Shown here: positions 52,734 through 63,414 of the stretch, in pieces
How positions within the stretch are numbered: position 1 is the first letter of the stretch
How the letters are laid out: every line of letters starts with the position of its first letter
From: an uncultured cyanobacterium
Lineage (GTDB): Bacteria > Cyanobacteriota > Cyanobacteriia > Cyanobacteriales > Microcystaceae
Length of the DNA stretch: 64,000 bases
Assembly (NCBI GenBank): GCA_963704945.1
Contig: CAVPII010000014.1
Span: 22,463-86,462, forward strand
Direction: 5' to 3'
Made by a program: the position numbers and the translations under genes
Notes under the pieces: model-generated
Databases searched by the model: none
What the model was told of the DNA's origin: nothing
The model's input: only the letters and a program-made list of their open reading frames with translations

Positions 52734-55201
52734 TCAATTGGGGTTTTCCACCCTGCCCATCAGTTCGGCCACATCGGGGTCATAAATTTGTAGATAATTC
52801 CAATAATTGCCGAACACCGATTCCACATAACCCTTGGTTTCGGCGAAGGGAATTTTTTCCACAAACAAATCCGGATCAGCGTTGTTAAATTCCTGTAACC
52901 ATTTGGAGACATTACCAGGGCCGGCATTGTAACTCGCCACCGCCAAAGCAGAATTATTGTTATAGGTTTTATGGGTGTGGTCAAAGTACCAAGTGCCCAT
53001 GTTGACATTATCCGTAGGGTCGGTGAGGGAATATTCTTTCAAGCCAATTTGGGGAGCAATCCATTCCCCAGTGGCGGGCATTATCTGCATCAATCCCGTG
53101 GCCCCAACGGGGGATTTAATCTCTTTTTCAAAGCGGGATTCCTGGCGTATTAAAGCAGTCACCAAAAAGGGGTTGAGTTGCCTTTTGGCAGACCAATCGA
53201 AGATTAACTGTTGGTAAGGAAAGGGAAACAGGGCTTCCCAGTATTCCTGGGTGGTGCGTAGTTCTTCCCACTGTTGGCGCTGTTCAGGATCTTCCGGGTT
53301 ACGGAGGTTCAATACCTGGTTGATGCCCTGTAAATATTCCTGTTGGGTAAGTTTGAGCAATGCCTGGGTGAAGCCTTCATTAATTGTTAATTCTGGGATG
53401 GCTTCATCGCCGGCCTGGGCTCGCATTTCCGCTTCAAATAACTCGATCGCCTCTTGGTCTTGGGCTAACCGGTACAACTCCCGAAATGTTATGGAACCGG
53501 CGGGGGGAAAAGGTCGTTGATCCGGCACTGTTACGGGGGGATTAAGGAAACGCACCGTGTTGAAGTCCCCCACCTGCCAGCCCAATAAAACGGCCGATCG
53601 CCAAGCGTAGTAGGAGTGGGGATATTTAGCCAACACCGTTTCAAAGGCGGCTTTAGAATCGGCGGAACGTCCCAACTGCTGGGCCCATTTACCAATCCAA
53701 AAAATGGCTTTGGGGGCCACATCACTTTTCGGATTTTGGTTAGCAATTTCCTTAGCCCAACGCCAAGCTTCGGTGTAATTTCCCCCTTTGGCAAATTCCT
53801 GGGCCTGCCGCCAACGGTAGTTAGCGGCCGCATCGGAATCGGAATATTTTTTCAATAATGTTTGCCGGGCCTGTTGGGCCCCACTAGCGTCAAATTTGGC
53901 CAACAAGTCTATCTGGGCCGCTAGGGCAGAAGCCCCCTGGTCTGGGAATTTTTGTTCTAACTGTTGGAGATATTGCACCCCTTCGGAGGGGGGAACTAAT
54001 TCTGCCAAACGTCGCAGAGCCAACGCCGTTTCTGGAACATCAGGATAGGTGGCAATTAATTTGCGGTAATTTTCCCTGGCTTGGTCATCCAATTTACTAA
54101 TTTGTTGGGCCCTGGCTAAACGGTAAAGGTTACGGGCATTGACGGGGGCCTTTTGATAGGGGGCGATCGCCTCGTTATAGATGCGACGGTACCAAAAATT
54201 ATCACCAATGGCCTGCCAATCTTCCGGGGTTAATTGTCCTTGATGGTTGGCCACTAGGTCGGCAATAACGGCGGCGGTAAGGCCATCGGTGGGATGGTTT
54301 TGCAAAATTTGCCGTTGAATCCCTAGGTCACCGGGATTACTTTGCAATTGTTGATGGAGAATTGCCAGGGTGCGGGGATGGCGGGGATGGTTGGCGATCG
54401 CCTGTTGCCAAAAAGCTTCGTCTAAAGTGCCTAAATTTTCTAGGGCGTTAACCACCACCGGGGAATCGGGATATTTTTCTAAAATAGTTTGCCAGGTGGC
54501 CTTAGCTTGCTCATCTTCGTTGGTCAACTGGTAGCCCCGACCCCGCATCAGCAAAATATAAGGGGCTAAAACCGGATAGTCCACCTCCAACCCTTCCAGC
54601 ATTCGGATGGCCGGCCCCCTTCAAAATTAGCCAGTAGATCCGTCGCCAGTAAAAACCTAGCTCGACTCCGATCTAGGGATAATTCCCCTTGGTTGGCGAT
54701 CGCCTGAAGCCGTGGATCCCTTTCCGCCGGAGGCAAAAGAGCTAACTTTAAAACTTCTGAATCCTGATGTTGTTCCTGCTCATAGGCTTTGAACTGGGCT
54801 TCCTGTCGCCAGCCGTTCACCATTTCAATGGCTTTAGGTAGGGTAATGGCGGTGCCCGCTACCAACAGAATAAATACACCCCCCAACCACCAGCGTTTAC
54901 GGGGACGGCGGGTTTTAGGGGCGGGTTCGGAATTGTTATCTACGGCAACGGCTAAATCTTCATTAAAAGACTGATTCCAGTGATCAAAACTTGTTTCTTC
55001 TTCCAGCGTTTCTGAGGGGGCAAGGGTCTTGCTGGGTAAATTGGGTAAGGATAAACTCCTTTTCGGAGAAGGATTATCTGCTTGCTTATCTTGCTCTGGG
55101 TGGCCGCCATCCATCGCTTCCGTCTGTTCCGAAGAAGTTTCCCCCACTGCGGTTAAATCCTTGAGATAATCCTGCAATTGGGTTTTTGATTTCTTGTCCA
55201 T
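52734..55201 (-). CDS. TPR-containing lytic transglycosylase (Slt-like), apparent frameshift near 54615
   Basis: IRQESRF, GATGLMQIMP, ASYNAGPG, ETKGYV. The N-terminal TM lies in ORF 54566..55255. Confidence 0.85.
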
Positions 55202-55241
55202 AATGTTTGGATTAATACCGAACCACCCTTTTACATTATCG

Positions 55242-56351
55242 TTACCCGGGGGCAAATACTAGGGAAAAGCTAAACCGACTTCCTTGCCCCAGTTCACTGC
55301 TTACCGCCATACTTCCCCCCTGCAACTCCACCAACCGCCTGGCGATCGCCAACCCTAACCCTGTGCCCCCGGAATAACGGGATCGGGATTTATCCGCCCG
55401 CCAAAACCGCTCAAAAATATAGGGCAAGTCATCTTCGCTGATGCCAATGCCTGTATCCGTCACCGTCACCCATAGCAAATTTTCACCTTTTTCATCCCTT
55501 TGGGCATCAATGATAATGGCGCCGGTTTGGGTGTAGCGCACCGCATTGCCAATTAAGTTGACCAAAATTTGTTCTGTACGGTCAGCGTCCGCCATGACCG
55601 GAGGTAACGTCGGCTTAGCCGCCAGGATTATTTCTGGCCCATCTTCCAATAGTTGATCCGCAAAACGTTGACTTAATTTTTCCAGCAGGGGATAAATTTC
55701 CAAAGGTTGCAGTTGAATGGATAAATAACCGGCTTCCACCTTGGACAATTCCTGTAAATCCACCGTCAACCGTTCCAACCGTCGAGTTTCCCCCACCAAT
55801 CGTTCATATAATTCTGGATTCCCCGTAATCCGTCCCTCCGCCAACTCCTCTAGATAACCCCGCACCACCGTTAACGGCGATCGTAGTTCGTGGGTTAGAT
55901 CGCTAATTAATTCCCGCCGTTGCTGTTCCACATTTTCCAAACTGGCCGCCATACGGTTAAAGCTTTGTCCCAACTGCTCCAATTCAGGAATGTCACTGGT
56001 GGGCATCCGGGCTTGCAAATCTCCCCCTGTCAAATTTTTGGTAACGGATTTTAGGCGATTGAGGGGTTGCATAATGCGTTCTGTGGCCAGAAAACTAAGG
56101 CCCCCAGCGGCACTAGCCCCAAAAATAATCGCCCAAATGGCACTGCTATTCCAAGCGGTTTCAAACCCTCTCAATAGATAGGTTCTGGCAGACCTTACCG
56201 TAACAAAGCCCTGGCGTTCCAACTCTTCTAGGCGCAGGACAAACATCCGGGGGGAAGATATTTTAGCCAAAAAGACAAAACTCCCCAGCCCCACCAGCAT
56301 CACCAGCATATGGGAAAGAAAAAGACGGGAACCGAGACTGAGTTTAGCCAT
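55242..56351 (-). CDS. HAMP-domain sensor histidine kinase (Hik10-like)
   Basis: Two TMs, HAMP, H-box THELRSPL, NLIGNA, DTGIGI, GTGLGL. Confidence 0.9.
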   Translation of the reverse strand: MAKLSLGSRLFLSHMLVMLVGLGSFVFLAKISSPRMFVLRLEELERQGFVTVRSARTYLLRGFETAWNSSAIWAIIFGASAAGGLSFLATERIMQPLNRLKSVTKNLTGGDLQARMPTSDIPELEQLGQSFNRMAASLENVEQQRRELISDLTHELRSPLTVVRGYLEELAEGRITGNPELYERLVGETRRLERLTVDLQELSKVEAGYLSIQLQPLEIYPLLEKLSQRFADQLLEDGPEIILAAKPTLPPVMADADRTEQILVNLIGNAVRYTQTGAIIIDAQRDEKGENLLWVTVTDTGIGISEDDLPYIFERFWRADKSRSRYSGGTGLGLAIARRLVELQGGSMAVSSELGQGSRFSFSLVFAPG

Positions 56352-56504
56352 AGAATTAGGTCAGTTTTGCTGGTCTGTGGCACAAAAGCAAAGCCGTAAT
56401 AGAATGGGTTGATTGTTTTACTCAATTTACCAAGGTCAGCGCAACCTAAAGGATGGGGTCGGCAAACTTGGCGGAACCCTAGGGACAAAAACCATGTCCT
56501 CTAC

Positions 56505-56721
56505 CAAGAAAACTGAGTCTAACTAAAGCCCTGTCCCCGAGGATGGCTTTCTTGAGCTCTTGATATAGTCCCTAGGAACTTCGGACAGTGGAAATCTGGG
56601 GAGACGTCAACCTCTGGGCCTGGTATCGCAAGATGCTTTGTTGCGGTTGAGTGGCTGAAGCAGAAATCCAAAACAGCAATGTTCGGAGGATCCTCGCCCT
56701 TTAGGACGGAGATTATGTCAA
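56505..56721 (+). mobile_element. 217-bp non-autonomous IS200/IS605 derivative (left end + putative omegaRNA scaffold + right end, no ORF)
   Basis: CTAC|CAAGAAAAC left junction and AAAGCC-CTGTCCCCGAGGAT-GGCTTT hairpin. GGGGAGAC..CCTCT..TGAAGCAGAAATCC resembles the tnpB 3' ends in this window. Right end GATCCTCGCCCTTTAGGACGGAGATTATGTCAA. Confidence 0.65.
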
Positions 56722-56760
56722 AGACCTCCATCGGTAAGTTGGGTGTCCGCTTAAATTTTG

Positions 56761-57594
56761 GTGTCAGGAGTTGATCGCATGAGCCTACGTCGTAATGCCC
56801 TTAAGGTTTTGCAAGAAACCAGTCGGACATTTTACATTCCCATTAGTATTTTGCCTGATCAGCTTCTCGATGCGGTGGCCTCGGCCTACCTCTGCATGCG
56901 GGCGATCGATGAAGTGGAGGATCATCCCGATCTCGACGCCGACACTAAAGCTAGAATTCTCCATCAAATCAGCCTCAATCTCCAGAGCGCCACGGAACAT
57001 TCCATCAGTGATGACTTTATCCGGGGTTTAGGGGCCTATAAAAACTTTCTGCCGGAGGTAACTTTGCGGGTGGGGGAGTGGGCCTTGTTAGCCCCGGAAG
57101 CCATTGCCCCCAGGGTGTGGGATGCCACGGCGGCCATGTCGGATCGCATGGCTTTTTGGGCGGTGCACAATTGGCAAATCAAAACGAAAAATGAACTGGA
57201 TCAATATACCTTCAGTGTAGCGGGGGCTGTGGGGTTACTGTTGTCTGACCTCTGGGCTTGGCACGACGGTGTCCAAACCAACCGCTCCCATGCCATTGGT
57301 TTTGGCCGGGGACTCCAGGCGGTGAATATTGTCCGTAATTATAAGGAAGATAAACGGCGGGGGGTGAGCTTTTTCCCCCAGGGCTGGGAACTGGCAGATA
57401 TGCACAAATACGCCCGCTACAATCTTGCTTTAGCCGATCAATATACCAAGTCTTTACCCCATGGTCCGGCCTTGAATTTTTGTAGAATTCCCCTCACCCT
57501 TGCCTATGGAACGTTAGATGTGTTGGCCCTGGGTAAGGAAAAATTAAGCCGTAGTGACGTGATGGCTTTGGTAAATCGGGTAATTGTTAGTTGA
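56761..57594 (+). CDS. sqs: squalene synthase
   Basis: SRTFYIPI, RAIDEVED, YTFSVAGAVG, LQAVNIVRN. Resembles PCC 6803 Sll0513 as recalled. Confidence 0.85.
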   Translation: MSGVDRMSLRRNALKVLQETSRTFYIPISILPDQLLDAVASAYLCMRAIDEVEDHPDLDADTKARILHQISLNLQSATEHSISDDFIRGLGAYKNFLPEVTLRVGEWALLAPEAIAPRVWDATAAMSDRMAFWAVHNWQIKTKNELDQYTFSVAGAVGLLLSDLWAWHDGVQTNRSHAIGFGRGLQAVNIVRNYKEDKRRGVSFFPQGWELADMHKYARYNLALADQYTKSLPHGPALNFCRIPLTLAYGTLDVLALGKEKLSRSDVMALVNRVIVS

Positions 57595-57609
57595 GCTCAG
57601 TTTTTATCC

Positions 57610-57978
57610 ATGACTGCACAGTACATTCTGATTTGCATTGCTTTGGGTTTGGTGGCTGGTTTTGCTAGTGGCTTGATTGGTATTGGCGGCGGACTAGTCA
57701 TCGTGCCGGTGTTGGTATTTGGTTTTGGTTTTTCCCAACATTTGGCCCAGGGCACAACCCTGGCTTTAATGGTTCCCCCCATTGGTTTGGCCGCCGCCTG
57801 GACTTATTACCGTCAGGGGGACGTAGATATCAAGGTTGCATTACTAATTTGTTTAGGGTTCGTGGTGGGTAGTCTCTTTGGCGCTAGGTTAGCCACTAAC
57901 ATTTCTAATGAACTACTAGGGCGAGTTTTTGGCGGAGCGATGTTGGTGATTGCGCTAAAAATGATTTGGGGGAAATAG
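57610..57978 (+). CDS. TauE/SafE (TSUP) family small membrane protein
   Basis: SGLIGIGGGLVIVPVL, AQGTTL. Confidence 0.8.
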   Translation: MTAQYILICIALGLVAGFASGLIGIGGGLVIVPVLVFGFGFSQHLAQGTTLALMVPPIGLAAAWTYYRQGDVDIKVALLICLGFVVGSLFGARLATNISNELLGRVFGGAMLVIALKMIWGK

Positions 57979-58131
57979 TTTGTTTTTGTCACGGCTACCC
58001 TAGTCTCTCCTAGGTTTAGGGGAATCCTATGGCTGTTCACCCCAGTGGGTACTTTTGGAAATTCTGCCTTCCAGTAGTCTGCAAGAATAATTATTTCTGG
58101 AGTTTCTCCGTTGACTGATCTGAGGAATTGC

Positions 58132-59589
58132 TCAGCTTTCATCAACAATGGGCAAATGGGTTAATGCTCCATCAGCTAAACCACTAACGGTGCCCCCCAA
58201 CTCTAAAACTTTTTCCAAATAGGCGATCGCCTCTGGGGTAATAATTTCACCGGGGACAAGGACAGGGATGCCGGGGGGATAGGGACAGAGCAGGGCTCCA
58301 CTAATTTGGCCCATGGCTTGATTTACCTCCGCCATTATCCGGGGGGCAAAGGTGGCCTGGCGGGGAGTCATGGCTAGGGTGGAACTGGGCAAGGGCGGCA
58401 AAGTTAAATTAGGGGATTTTGTCCTAGAGTGGCGCGCTAAATGGGTTAAAGCCTGGAATAATCTTTCTAAATCCTGGGCTTGGTTTCCCAGGCTGACAAT
58501 AAAACTAAGTTGCCGTAGGGTAGGTAATTCCGCCGTAATTTGAGATTTTTCCCGTAAATAATCATCCAATTCAAATCCCGACATTCCCCAGGCGGTGGCA
58601 TCGAGGGTAATACGGGTGGGATCTAGGGCGAAGGCTCCAGGAACGGGTCTGGGTAGATTTAATAAACCTAGTCCAGGAATTTGCGCTAATTTTTCCCGAT
58701 AAGCCAGGGTAAATTCCAACACCTCCGCCATTATTGCTTGGCCGAAATTAGCCATTTGGTGACGGGCGGCATCCAGGGAAGCTAGCAAAACGTAATTGGG
58801 GCTGGTGGATTGGATTAACTGTAAACATTGACTAATCCGTTGGGGATCAACTAAGTTTCCTTGGCGGTGAACCATGGCGGCCTGGCTCAAAGCCCCAAGC
58901 ATTTTATGGGTGGATTGAATTACCACATCGGCCCCAAGGCCCAGGGCCGGGCTAGGTAATTGGCCATGGAAGGAAAAATGGGCTCCGTGGGCTTCATCGA
59001 CAATGACGGGTAATTTAGCCCTATGGCTTAATTTAATTAGCTCCTGCAAGTCCCCCACAATGCCGTGGTAGGTGGGATGGAGTAAAAATACCGCTTTGGC
59101 ATCGGGGTGAGCCTTCAAGGCCTGGGTTAAGGTTGCCGGTGTAATGCCCAGGGCTAAATCCCAGTCTGGGTTAACTTCCGGCTCCAAGAAAATTGGTCTG
59201 GCCCCAGCGTGGATAATGCCGGCGATCGCCGCTTGGTGGACGTTCCTGGGCAGAAGAATTTTATCCCCATCCCCACAGACGGCCAAAATGGCCCCAATAA
59301 TCCCCGCCGTGGAACCATTGATTAAAAACCAAGTATTTTCCGCCCCCCACAATGCCGCCGCTAAACATTGGGCCCTGGCGATCGCCCCGGTGGGGGCAAA
59401 AAGATTATCCAGTTCCGGTAATTCGGGCAGATCTGCTTGAAATAATTCTTGCCCAAGCCATTGTTTGAACTCGGCGGTGATGCCCCGTCCCCGTTTATGC
59501 CCCGGTGCATAAAAAGGTGTATCCGGCTGATGGGCCAAACCTTTGAGGGTATCGACTAAAGGTAATGTGTGTTGATTGAGATGCCCCAT
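58132..59589 (-). CDS. Orn/Lys/Arg decarboxylase (PLP-dependent, class I)
   Basis: PGHKRG, NGSTAG, VDEAHG, QSTHK, STSPNY, PYPPGIP. Confidence 0.88.
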   Translation of the reverse strand: MGHLNQHTLPLVDTLKGLAHQPDTPFYAPGHKRGRGITAEFKQWLGQELFQADLPELPELDNLFAPTGAIARAQCLAAALWGAENTWFLINGSTAGIIGAILAVCGDGDKILLPRNVHQAAIAGIIHAGARPIFLEPEVNPDWDLALGITPATLTQALKAHPDAKAVFLLHPTYHGIVGDLQELIKLSHRAKLPVIVDEAHGAHFSFHGQLPSPALGLGADVVIQSTHKMLGALSQAAMVHRQGNLVDPQRISQCLQLIQSTSPNYVLLASLDAARHQMANFGQAIMAEVLEFTLAYREKLAQIPGLGLLNLPRPVPGAFALDPTRITLDATAWGMSGFELDDYLREKSQITAELPTLRQLSFIVSLGNQAQDLERLFQALTHLARHSRTKSPNLTLPPLPSSTLAMTPRQATFAPRIMAEVNQAMGQISGALLCPYPPGIPVLVPGEIITPEAIAYLEKVLELGGTVSGLADGALTHLPIVDES

Positions 59590-60671
59590 TACAAATCAGG
59601 AAACACGGTTTTAACCGCTGGTTGTACCAATTTTCCCGCCTGGACATTGACTCCCTTGGCCAAGGGTAAATCATCTTCCCAAGACTTTGTCCCGTGCTTT
59701 GCTAGTTTCAGCACATAGGGCAATGTACTGTTATTCAATGCCTGGGTCGCTGTCCAGGGGGTGGCTCCGGGCATATTGGGAATGCCCACATGGACAATGC
59801 CCGCTTCCACATAACTGGGATTACTATGGGAAGTCACTTTTAAGGTTTCCACACAGCCCCCTTGGTCGATCGCCACGTCTAAAATCACCGCACCGGGCAT
59901 CATATTTTCTACCTGGGCCCGGGAAACGAGAATAGGGGCCTTTTTGCCGGTTATCAATACTGCTCCAATGAGTAAGTCGGTGCTAGGCAGTAATGCTTCA
60001 ATTTCGCTAGCGTTGCTGTATCGTAAATCCACCCGGGAACCGAATAATTCCCCCAATTGATTTAAACGCTCCACGTTAACGTCAAGAATAGTTACCATCG
60101 CCCCCAGTCCGATCGCCATTTTGGCCGCTTCTGTGCCGACCACACCGCCCCCCAGGATCGTCACCTGCCCAGCTTTTACCCCCGGTACTCCCCCCAGCAG
60201 AACTCCCCGTCCCCCCTGTTGTTTCTCCAGGTAATGGGCTCCCATTTGCACCGCCAACCTTCCTGCAATGCGACTCATGGGGGCTAACAGGGGTAATTGC
60301 CCATTGGACAATTCCACCGTTTCGTAGGCGATCGCCGTAATCCCGGATTTTATCAAAGCTTCCGTTAAGGGTCGTTCCGCCGCCAGGTGTAAATAAGTAA
60401 ATAAAAATTGGGGCAGGGTTAAATATTCATATTCCTGGGGCAGGGGTTCTTTAACTTTCACCACTAATTCCCGATGCCAAGTTTCCTTGGCCGTTGCCAC
60501 CATCTTGCCCCCCACTTTTTGGTAGGCAGAGTCAGGGAAGCCCGAACCGACCCCCGCCCCTTGTTCCACAAATACTTGGTGGCCCTGTTCCACTAAAGCC
60601 CGCACACTGCTGGGGGTCAGTCCTACTCGAAATTCCTGGTCTTTAATTTCATTGGGAACACCAATTTCCAT
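59589..60671 (-). CDS. ald: alanine dehydrogenase
   Basis: [44 protein letters not shown]. Confidence 0.95.
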   Translation of the reverse strand: MEIGVPNEIKDQEFRVGLTPSSVRALVEQGHQVFVEQGAGVGSGFPDSAYQKVGGKMVATAKETWHRELVVKVKEPLPQEYEYLTLPQFLFTYLHLAAERPLTEALIKSGITAIAYETVELSNGQLPLLAPMSRIAGRLAVQMGAHYLEKQQGGRGVLLGGVPGVKAGQVTILGGGVVGTEAAKMAIGLGAMVTILDVNVERLNQLGELFGSRVDLRYSNASEIEALLPSTDLLIGAVLITGKKAPILVSRAQVENMMPGAVILDVAIDQGGCVETLKVTSHSNPSYVEAGIVHVGIPNMPGATPWTATQALNNSTLPYVLKLAKHGTKSWEDDLPLAKGVNVQAGKLVQPAVKTVFPDL

Positions 60672-60829
60672 GACGGGGATGTTTATTGCTAAGTGACTAT
60701 CCTGCTCAGTTTATCTAAAAAATGGATTCCCTCCCCTTCCTTCCATGCCATCAATCGGTTAAGAGGCGATCGCCGCTGTTAAATTATCATGGTATTAAAT
60801 AGTTTGCGAGCCTAAAAATAGATAATCTT

Positions 60830-62174
60830 TTGACACTCCCTTCCCTAAAGGAAAGGGATTCTTCTTTCACGGACTAACCGTAACCCCGCAGGATTGCTCC
60901 AACGAAGCTAGAGGGTCAATCTCCAGAAGCTTACATTCCGTGTGCCCCACGGTAGTTAAAGCCCGTTGCAGGATGACTTTGGCGGCATTTACGTCCCGGT
61001 CTTCAACATATCCACAGTGGTGACAATTATGTGTCCTAACACTGAGAGATTTCTTAACCGTTTCCCCACATTGGGAACAATTTTGACTGGTGTAATGGGG
61101 TGGAACGGCAACAGTTACCTTGCCATATTTGACCCCGAAATGTTCCAGCCAATGACGGAATGTAGCCCATCCTGCATCACTAATCGATTTGGCTAGATGT
61201 CGATTCCGTACCATGTTCTTTACCTTTAAGTCTTCATAGGCGACCAAATCGTGAGATTGGATTACGCAGTATGCAATTCGTTTGCAAAACTCATTACGTT
61301 GCCTACTTACTCTTAAATGTTTCCGAGCATATCGGTTTCTAGCCTTGTGATAGTTACGGGATTGAGGTTTAGCACCTTTGCGGTACTTTTTGGACTTTTT
61401 GCGATTAGCTCGATTGAGTTGTCGTTCGGACTTCCGGTAGAACTTGGGAGACTCCACCAACTCACCATCACTGGTGGCAATGAAGTAATTTAAGCCCAAG
61501 TCCAACCCCACTGTTTTATGGGTGGGTTCCGTTTTGATTTCAACATCAACAGCTATGCAGAACTGACAATAGTAGCCGTCTGCCCTCTTGAGTAATCGCA
61601 CTCTTTTGATTTGAGACGGGTCATAGAAGGCTAGATCCCAAGTCCCAACTAATTTGAGCTTGCCGATTTTTTTCTTATCAGTAAACTCAATGTGTTTGGG
61701 GTCAAGTAATGCCCAGCCAGAGGTTTTGTATTCCACTGACCGAGAATATTTTTTGAACTTTGGAAACCCCTTTTTGCCCTTTACTTGTTTTTTGCAATTG
61801 TCATAGAAACGAGCAATTGCAGACCAAGCCCTCTCAGCAGAAGATTGTCTGGCCATCGAATTAAGTTCATTGGCAAAGGGAAATTCCTTGGCTAACTGGG
61901 CACAATATTTGTTGAGGTCGTACTTGCTAACCCCTTTATTGTCCATCCAATAGCGCAAGGCTTTGTTCCGCACAAACTGTGCGGTTCGGATGGCATCGTC
62001 GATCTGGCGATACTGTTCCTTTTTTCCTTTGACCTTGAACTCTAAAATCCTCATCCTGTTATGCTAACATAATCAGCATAAGTCTGATTTAAGCTGGGAA
62101 CCCACTAGGAGGGAAGTTAAGGCACTCGGCGCATCCCCGCCCTAAAGAGCAGGGTTTTCCCGTGCCATATTTGG
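60830..62174 (-). mobile_element. IS1341-type tnpB-only element, copy 2, 1345 bp, target TTAT at 62175-62178 (minus strand)
   Basis: Reverse complement of 7375..8719 with only a few substitutions. Confidence 0.92.
60867..62054 (-). CDS. tnpB: RNA-guided endonuclease TnpB
   Basis: Same as 7495..8682 apart from one visible Q-to-H change (FRQW vs FRHW). Confidence 0.95.
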   Translation of the reverse strand: MRILEFKVKGKKEQYRQIDDAIRTAQFVRNKALRYWMDNKGVSKYDLNKYCAQLAKEFPFANELNSMARQSSAERAWSAIARFYDNCKKQVKGKKGFPKFKKYSRSVEYKTSGWALLDPKHIEFTDKKKIGKLKLVGTWDLAFYDPSQIKRVRLLKRADGYYCQFCIAVDVEIKTEPTHKTVGLDLGLNYFIATSDGELVESPKFYRKSERQLNRANRKKSKKYRKGAKPQSRNYHKARNRYARKHLRVSRQRNEFCKRIAYCVIQSHDLVAYEDLKVKNMVRNRHLAKSISDAGWATFRHWLEHFGVKYGKVTVAVPPHYTSQNCSQCGETVKKSLSVRTHNCHHCGYVEDRDVNAAKVILQRALTTVGHTECKLLEIDPLASLEQSCGVTVSP

Positions 62175-62610
62175 ATAAGGTTTTAGAGTAGTGAACTTTG
62201 GTGGGATTATCACCTGACAAATATTTAAATGGACTCTGATTGACCAACGCCTCGTAAATTTCATTGCTGGATTTAGGATCATATTGTTCTATCTTCTTGA
62301 TCATTTGTTTTATATCATTCATGGAACCAATAACACTTCGATTTTGAAATTTAATATAATTAATTTCACTTGAATTTAATTGTCCATCTCCGCAAAAAAA
62401 TCTGAGCTTTTCTATAATTCCATTAAAACCATTTTTGTAAGAAGAGACTAGAGTGTAAAGAGTCATTTCATTAGTAATGATAAAAATTGACCTCTTCAGC
62501 AAAGATGCAGAATCAATTCGCCAAGTATTAAGATCAGGAACAAGATTTTCTACAGATTTGACCTCGATTTGTAATTTTTTGGCAACTCGATTAGATAGTA
62601 CTATTTTCAC
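62089..62610 (-). CDS. hypothetical protein (possibly DUF6933-like) whose last 29 residues are read from the IS left end
   Basis: TNEMTLY and NRSVIGSMND motifs; AT-rich; the ORF crosses the IS junction at 62174/62175. Confidence 0.55.
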   Translation of the reverse strand: MKIVLSNRVAKKLQIEVKSVENLVPDLNTWRIDSASLLKRSIFIITNEMTLYTLVSSYKNGFNGIIEKLRFFCGDGQLNSSEINYIKFQNRSVIGSMNDIKQMIKKIEQYDPKSSNEIYEALVNQSPFKYLSGDNPTKVHYSKTLSKYGTGKPCSLGRGCAECLNFPPSGFPA

Positions 62611-62635
62611 GGGAACCTACCAATTTTAAAATATT

Positions 62636-63274
62636 TTATTGAAACTGGGTCAATAACCAAGCCCCAATTTCTGCTTGATTTGTTTGACGACTGCGTTGTA
62701 AAGCCTCCTCTAAAATGGCAATTTCTAAGCCAGGCAAAAGTTGAGAAACCTGAATTCTTTGACTGCCCTGATTTGCCATGGAATAGGCCAATAATTGAGA
62801 GTTTTTAACATCCACCACCCAATATTCGTTAACCCCTAATTCCTCATACAAAGCTCGTTTTGTTCCCAAATCATCTAACAATGAAGACCGTGCAATTTCA
62901 ATCACTAAATTAGGGGCAGAATATTGATCTAGATTTACAATACCAGTTCCCGATGGAATGATTTTAGCATTTTCACCCAAATAGTAAGCCACGTCAGGTT
63001 GACATTCTCTTACCCCAGTCTTACGAAATGTGGTTGTATCTAAACCCGTTGCAGGAATTTGTTTAAGGGCAATAAATAAATTCACTGCAAAAATCATCAT
63101 CACATGATTCTGACCATGGTCAAAACTGACAGGAGACATTTCAATCCTCATGTGTCCTTTGTAATAATAGCCCTTTGCTTGTTGATTTACTGAATCGTCT
63201 AATTGCTGAATATATTCGTCCCAGGTTGCTAAAAACCAAGAATTTACAACGGGTTTAATTAATAACTTTGCCAT
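62636..63274 (-). CDS. Uma2 family endonuclease
   Basis: MSP...H, QPDVAYY, PNLVIEIA, KRALYEELGVNEYWVVD. Confidence 0.88.
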   Translation of the reverse strand: MAKLLIKPVVNSWFLATWDEYIQQLDDSVNQQAKGYYYKGHMRIEMSPVSFDHGQNHVMMIFAVNLFIALKQIPATGLDTTTFRKTGVRECQPDVAYYLGENAKIIPSGTGIVNLDQYSAPNLVIEIARSSLLDDLGTKRALYEELGVNEYWVVDVKNSQLLAYSMANQGSQRIQVSQLLPGLEIAILEEALQRSRQTNQAEIGAWLLTQFQ

Positions 63275-63414
63275 TGTTGACTGTCCTCTTGCCGGAGTTT
63301 TAAATTGTGTGGGAGTTTGGTATTAAAAGCGATTACCTGCCAAATTCTACTAATCACGGCGATTGCCTATCAAAATTTATAAATTAGGGTGATAAATATT
63401 TCGTTAAATCATAT

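Noticed and set aside
56519-56731. 70-aa minus-strand ORF
   Set aside because: It lies within the non-coding mini-element and shows no recognisable motif.
56722-56745. A trans target for the mini-element guide within this window
   Set aside because: No convincing second match found by eye; a genome-wide search is needed.
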